64,000 bases of DNA, taken from the IMG/VR virus record IMGVR_UViG_3300025771_003046. One strand, 5' to 3'. Source of the stretch: an uncultured virus (IMG/VR IMGVR_UViG_3300025771_003046) (taxonomy: Duplodnaviria > Heunggongvirae > Uroviricota > Caudoviricetes). Below, one piece after another: positions 61,501-64,000 of the stretch (the first letter of the stretch is position 1; the number at the start of each line of letters is the position of its first letter). A program made the translations under genes and the position numbers. The notes below the pieces were generated by a model. It did not search any database and was not told the origin of the DNA. It saw nothing but the letters and a program-made list of their open reading frames with translations.

Positions 61501-64000
61501 ATCTCTGGCACTTTAGATGTTGACGGCAACTTTCAAGTTGGCACAAGCAGATTTAATGTAGAAGCAACTACCGGTAACACACAAATTGATGGAACTCTTA
61601 CAGCAGACGGATTAACTACACTTAATGGTGGTATTACAGCAGACGGTGGTGTGTTTACCGTAGCAGATGGTACTGGTAATATTGCTACAAGTGGCACGTT
61701 AAATGTAACAGGCGACACAACTTTAAGTACACTAACTGCAACAAGTGATGTAACAGTTCAAGGTGATTTAACAGTTGAAGGTAACTTAACTACTGTTAAT
61801 GCTACAGAAATAAATGTATCTGATAAGAATATTACACTAGGCGGCACAACTACAACATTGAGTGCGCTAAACAATAGTGGAATTACTATAGGTGGAACAT
61901 TAGGAGCAGGATCAAATCCTGCACTAACTTATACATACACTGGTGTTTCTCCAAATCAGGTAGAAAGATTTAATTTAAATAGAGAATTAATCGTTGATAA
62001 GGTACACGGTGATATAAAAGGTAATGTTTATGCATCAGATGATACAAGTATTATTTTAAATGCAGGTACTAATGGCAACGATGCAATATTCAAAGGTGAC
62101 GTTTATAGTACAACTGATACATTAATTATAGACAGTGGTGCAAGTATAGACGATGCAACATTCTATGGAAATATAGATCTTAGAACAGAAACAAATTACG
62201 GAAATACTCCAAGCACAGGTACTACTTCATACTTTAACAATTTAGATGTTGCCGGTACACTATCGATGGCAAATGCTTCAATAGGCACACTGTCTGGTAA
62301 CTTAGTTGGAGATATATATGCATCTAACGGAACAAGTTTAATATTAGACAATGGTACTAATGGAACAGACGCATCATTCCAGGGTAGTATTAAAAATGAC
62401 AACGGAACAGTAATTATTCAAAATGGTTCGACAGGAGTTGCAGCAACATTTACTGGTAAATTAGTAGGTGATGTAGATAGTAGCGGCATATCTTATTTTA
62501 ACAATATGTATGCTAACGTTATTAATGCATTCTTAGACGGTGACATTTCGGGTAGTGTACTAGGCGAAGATAGTGTAATGATGCTTGATGCTGGTGCTAG
62601 AACACTTAGCGTTACTGATGTACAAACAAGTACAATTACTGCATCATCTTATCTATCAGGCGATGTTCGTGGCGATATTTACAACAATAACGGCACCCAA
62701 AAAATATTAGAAACAGGAGGCACAGCAACAGATGCTGCTATCTTTACTGGTAGAGTTGATGCGTCAAATGCAATTAACACAACATCTAATTTTAACAATG
62801 TTGACGCAACGGGTATATTTACCGGTGTACTAGGCGCAGTAGGTAATACGGCTAATGCATTTGTAAATGATTTAACCGTAGACAGCGTAGCAACATTTAC
62901 TGGCGTTGTTAATGCTCTTACTTCAGCTGTTAATATTAATTCTGTAAATATAGATGGCGGAACAATAGACGGAACAGTTATTGGCGCAGCGACTCCAGCA
63001 GCAATCACAGGTACAACCGTAACTGCAAACACAGGATTTGTTGGTAACATTACAGGTAACATCACTGGAGACTTAGACGCAAGAGGTCTAGGCGGTACAA
63101 CGTTCATTGATGATTTAGTTATGGGTCCAGGCACAAATGCTGCTATAGATACTGCAACAATTACTACACTTAATGCTTCTACTCTTGTTCTAACAAACTT
63201 AGCACTAAGTGGAGATTTAGACGTACTTACTGGTACAGGTACATTCCAAAACTTAGAAGTTACTGCTGGCGGTAACATTGTAGGACTTGCTACACTAGGT
63301 ACAAGTGCATCACCAGTAGCAAGTTCAGTAATTACTACAATTGATGTTAGTGCAGGTGATATAGTTGGCTTGTCTACTCTAGGTACAAGTGCATCACCGG
63401 TTATAGCAGCAGACATAGACACTGCGGTTATAGATGATGTAACTAGTGTTACAGTAAGGGCTGATAACTTTACTATTACTAACACTGGCGATTCTGCTCA
63501 TAAGTTTACTGGACCATTAGAAGGTAATATTACAAGTGCAGGAACAAGCACATTTACCGGCACAGTAAGTTTATCAGGTGCAACTGTTGTACTTGCTGAT
63601 AATCAACTAAGCGGTGACAAAATAGACGGCGGCGTTATAGGCAATGCTGATCTGTTAGGTAATGGAACAAGTAACACAATTAGTGGATACGATATTACAG
63701 TAACAGGAGCACTTGACTTAACTGGAGCAACTGTAACTTATGACAACGATTCGATATCAGGTGATAAAGTATCTGGCGGTACTATTGATGCTGCAAATAT
63801 AACTGGCGGCGCAGGTAAAACACTTGACGGATATGATATTACAGTAGGTGCCGGTAGAACATTAACTGTAAATGGATCAACAAGTGTTGCAACATTAGCA
63901 GCATCTGCACTTGTAGAATTAGACGGCGGTTTTAATGTTAATGACGACTTTGTTGTAGATGTAGACGGTAACACACGCCTTAATGCAGCAGCTAATTTTG
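52570..64000 (+). CDS. Giant tail-fibre-like protein, >3800 aa (partial, runs off window end; missing from ORF track)
   Basis: ATG at 52570 (MSFISTTRVIENNQEVLFEGP...). The frame is open wherever I translated it, including the last line. G/T/N/V-rich with recurrent G.L.GNV, LRG(N/D)V...DS..I(I/V)(N/D) and LDSGTDGTDA.F.G repeats. Confidence 0.88.
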   Translation, partial: MSFISTTRVIENNQEVLFEGPLDKESNVHTVAVLNEGVSPNSTTDPIKVTLSLYDASEPATRPFAILEVAPGTDAQYTKVINIRPGDQLRAETDGGEVTIMIGAFVDEDTLVTSIFNITGQYDHTVTYQPYDVAYYLGSTYVNTTVDQTAVYPTQVNGGWTPLGSGFNAYGEFDPLVLYPPLSVVKWANNVYVTVTGSPVGVYPNDYNSTWISFTSLTSDEIPDTSGVSANVAASITILNNRLNTLTTTEVPEASDADLEAASGFENAYFTRARARESISVTGDLIYDVNTGVLSAQTLTQDDVNIFIDNRVSKSFVDALGVDADTVDGIEGTVLARTDISPTFSQNIIVSGEMRGDLRGNVLADDSSIIINHATKEINGRFEGTLIAANSDVILNTGIDGFDATFTGTTFGEHRGDVLSDDSNVIIDASSGLISGDLEGNVTATFGVSRFNDIITDNIIVQEELQVANILGNITSTGVSTFNNVDINGGYIDNAVINTTNITGTTIVGTYIEAQTGGFRGDILSTGTSRFNDLIVTGDLTFNTLEVQALADFKSLVNIDGGLTVGGTLNVTGGTTFGNINVTGGQISGVTLGSGSYPVDIVADDVTILNSFTATDVTAEFSTLIVTDEMTGDVSGNLRGNVLSQDGTTVIIDAFAGIIRGDLVGDTVGQHTGNVDGNVVGNVTGNVTAAAGLSSFSSMNAQIGDIAALEAGSLTVTGAASFTGDLTFDTLQIASLAVNNTLTVSGISTLGSVDIGGGTMDAVTIGGNVPASVTGTIFTGDKMFADLFTGSLKGVVEGSVEGDLYGNVLGLDSSIVLNTSTARATLDADVTGQIDATANGGGESRFDDITITGVFSLQGGGQLTGDLTGNVVGDVTGDVYASNGDKILETGNGTTIPAKLTGNVEGEVLGTFTGTASGDFTGDVFAYDSTKMLDAFSNILRGDLVGNVSGNVLGDLTGNVNTTGTQSDGFFRNLTVEDTLTFPSLNISTIDSDNIDVDNAILDVVTIGAGITTGTIDNTTIGATTPRGGVFTTLQGAIIEASSEFRGNIVSSGSSRFNELIVTGDFVANLRGDIIAEDSSVIVNNATKTFYGTLQGTTVGTLQGNVIATSGLSEFNSINVAQEISGTLRGDVVAPDSTLLIDISSQNINGNVITATGGFSGEITGTLVGDIKATGGQVVLDSGTDGTDATFAGNVTGNVLNTLGETVLDANAERLTGTLAGNVYAIDGISQILDSGTDGTDAVFTGQVIGDVTGNVTASSGVSNFNNIVIANEAVGNFKGNVLAADSSVLVNYLDSSITAATITATGNFVGDVIGNVDTRTVDVNTRSYFQNITVLGEIDLSGASGNITADIEGTLKGNVVSTTGDPNAADVLLLDAAGRSILNMASISSNEFTGDEFIGDFLGDLYSADGSFRVLDTGATGNQAYYIGDMRGNVQGNLLGDDSSVIVNYVSGDINGRVVSSSQGFQGKIEDPNNNMSSLYDLTIRNNLFVEGTTTTVNTDNLDIKDNTIVLNKGQSDGVTGVVLGTAGIQIDRGNGVDANLLWTEDGGAGYWDFTNTAQVRGAFRGNVTGDVYSPFNSGTPILDTGTATLPATYIGNVVGDIEGNVTVGAGLSSFFSVNVEEEIAGNLRGNVLANDSTKIIDFINSNIYGATISATAGFSGDVFGNIDARGESSASYSYFQNLSVSGDIQFDSLNIATLEVGTDLNVGNNVDVTGQITAGSVDIAGGEIDGTIIGSNVASAASVTTLTVTTGDINVTQGTINITQGNLSADTIFAVTDFRGNLVGNVTGSLSGGTVTGDVYGNLYRPGGTTPVLNTGTGGVEPRLYGNVTGNVTGDVLGDVTGNVQGVLYGSVISEDSTTTIVNASSGLITGDINSSGTSTFNNIVVEGALDFTTFALNEITVNTLLQVDGTANLTVANIFAGNIDNTRIGVTTPSTIKGTVIEATTKFVGDIAGEVDGNVTGDLRGNIIGEDSSVIVDNDLKRFTGNLLGDVYTTDGVTLFNILDSGTDGTDASIIADVKTPLGATIVDTSAATVTATGGFTGQIDASAPGTSQFHTVTVSNNLSVPGTVNVTQTVEASGGIENTSIGAGNTESTGAFTSITTTGAVTVGGDLIVQGNTVTLNTSTLDVEDLNITVAKGAANAAAADGAGLTVDTAGAWIQYKNPSDQWRFNKDIDLTTENVRLLGNITSTGVSNFSGTANFSGTVDMAGATINNSTFQNMDVAATSEFSGNMTLDTAANFTMINAAGTPVTVFSIDGSNGNTTISQGGQFEILDTLSASMFSVDGGTGNTLVTGTLGVDGIVSINNTTGSTTTTTGALIVDGGVGIAENLFIGGNLDVAGNAVISGNLTFGDAATDTVAFGADINSSIIPDINNTYDLGSSAQAWRELYLTQNINFKGATGDNEIIVPTNLFDALSIKDDANTSIIDVETTTGAPVVKINPNTTVAGTLDVTGETTLASAIISDVNPSRVVLSGGSKEISYSDQFTYSAGAGVIDVDITGSLAVDNLTFDGNTISSTDSNGAIILDPQGSGVVTVNANTTISGTFTSTGLASLDNGIDVNGAVFTVSNTGAVNTTSTLDVTGLASLDGGIDVDGAFTVANTTGNITTSGTLDITGTTTLRNTVGIQGITTISNANDASNATSGALIVSGGAGIAKKLFVAGDFEVGTNRFNVAATTGDTTVAGDFTVTSGTAFLDGGINVDSGAFIVANTTGDITTLGDISIADSKKLLIGTGNDLEIFHDGSNSFIKDVGAGNLTIATDVLTLTKGDGTKTTAVLDADGATELYYNNTKRFETTLVGADVTGTFNTSGLATLDSAVISDLPANRIVYTSGANGRLISTADFVIDGTSLNVGSNNFVVTAATGNTAIVGTLDVTGETTVGNLVADDIKLGDGEKIQFGNAQDLEIYHDGSNSYIHESGTGGLILRSANSILFQDATSTKTAMSLTANGSQILYHNDVQRFQTTVSGADITGDVDISGTLDVDGNFQVGTSRFNVEATTGNTQIDGTLTADGLTTLNGGITADGGVFTVADGTGNIATSGTLNVTGDTTLSTLTATSDVTVQGDLTVEGNLTTVNATEINVSDKNITLGGTTTTLSALNNSGITIGGTLGAGSNPALTYTYTGVSPNQVERFNLNRELIVDKVHGDIKGNVYASDDTSIILNAGTNGNDAIFKGDVYSTTDTLIIDSGASIDDATFYGNIDLRTETNYGNTPSTGTTSYFNNLDVAGTLSMANASIGTLSGNLVGDIYASNGTSLILDNGTNGTDASFQGSIKNDNGTVIIQNGSTGVAATFTGKLVGDVDSSGISYFNNMYANVINAFLDGDISGSVLGEDSVMMLDAGARTLSVTDVQTSTITASSYLSGDVRGDIYNNNGTQKILETGGTATDAAIFTGRVDASNAINTTSNFNNVDATGIFTGVLGAVGNTANAFVNDLTVDSVATFTGVVNALTSAVNINSVNIDGGTIDGTVIGAATPAAITGTTVTANTGFVGNITGNITGDLDARGLGGTTFIDDLVMGPGTNAAIDTATITTLNASTLVLTNLALSGDLDVLTGTGTFQNLEVTAGGNIVGLATLGTSASPVASSVITTIDVSAGDIVGLSTLGTSASPVIAADIDTAVIDDVTSVTVRADNFTITNTGDSAHKFTGPLEGNITSAGTSTFTGTVSLSGATVVLADNQLSGDKIDGGVIGNADLLGNGTSNTISGYDITVTGALDLTGATVTYDNDSISGDKVSGGTIDAANITGGAGKTLDGYDITVGAGRTLTVNGSTSVATLAASALVELDGGFNVNDDFVVDVDGNTRLNAAANF

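Noticed and set aside
53685..63974. Numerous minus-strand ORFs of 60-324 aa (P/V/T/S-rich)
   Set aside because: Antisense shadows of the giant plus-strand ORF caused by its codon bias; no recognisable motifs.
1..64000. Alternative genetic code (stop-codon reassignment)
   Set aside because: Core genes are full length and densely packed under the standard code.

Overview
A 64-kb segment of a large, AT-rich, T4-superfamily-like myovirus genome; no host genes, tRNAs, rRNAs or CRISPR arrays were seen. 1-7647 (minus strand) is a baseplate module: gp5-like spike, multi-domain muralytic protein, hub and wedge. 7726-12908 (plus) is driven by consensus sigma70 promoters and encodes a gp55-like late sigma, gp47/gp46 (Mre11/Rad50), an auxiliary hemC and a GIY-YIG protein. 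After these come a structured non-coding region, a tail-chaperone gene pair with a -1 slippery site, tape measure, and the head module (portal, protease, scaffold, major capsid). A stand-alone ~250-nt structured transcript with its own promoter and terminator follows, then ~38 kb of virion fibre/appendage genes. These include a 4958-aa protein and a >3800-aa ORF (52570 to beyond the window end) that is absent from the ORF track. Highlights: (i) the 4958-aa protein has 22 helical repeats matching the phycobiliprotein chromophore helix (KCxRD...GG) in register, in two classes (11 A + 11 B) ordered as a perfectly nested bracket pattern, and the same window encodes HemC; (ii) two unassigned, highly structured ncRNA candidates and two structured 5' leaders; (iii) inverted tandem-GA DNA hairpins suggesting an origin/ssDNA signal; (iv) a TAAATA late-promoter regulon with apparently leaderless mRNAs. 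All calls come from manual motif recognition; no searches or folding programs were run.
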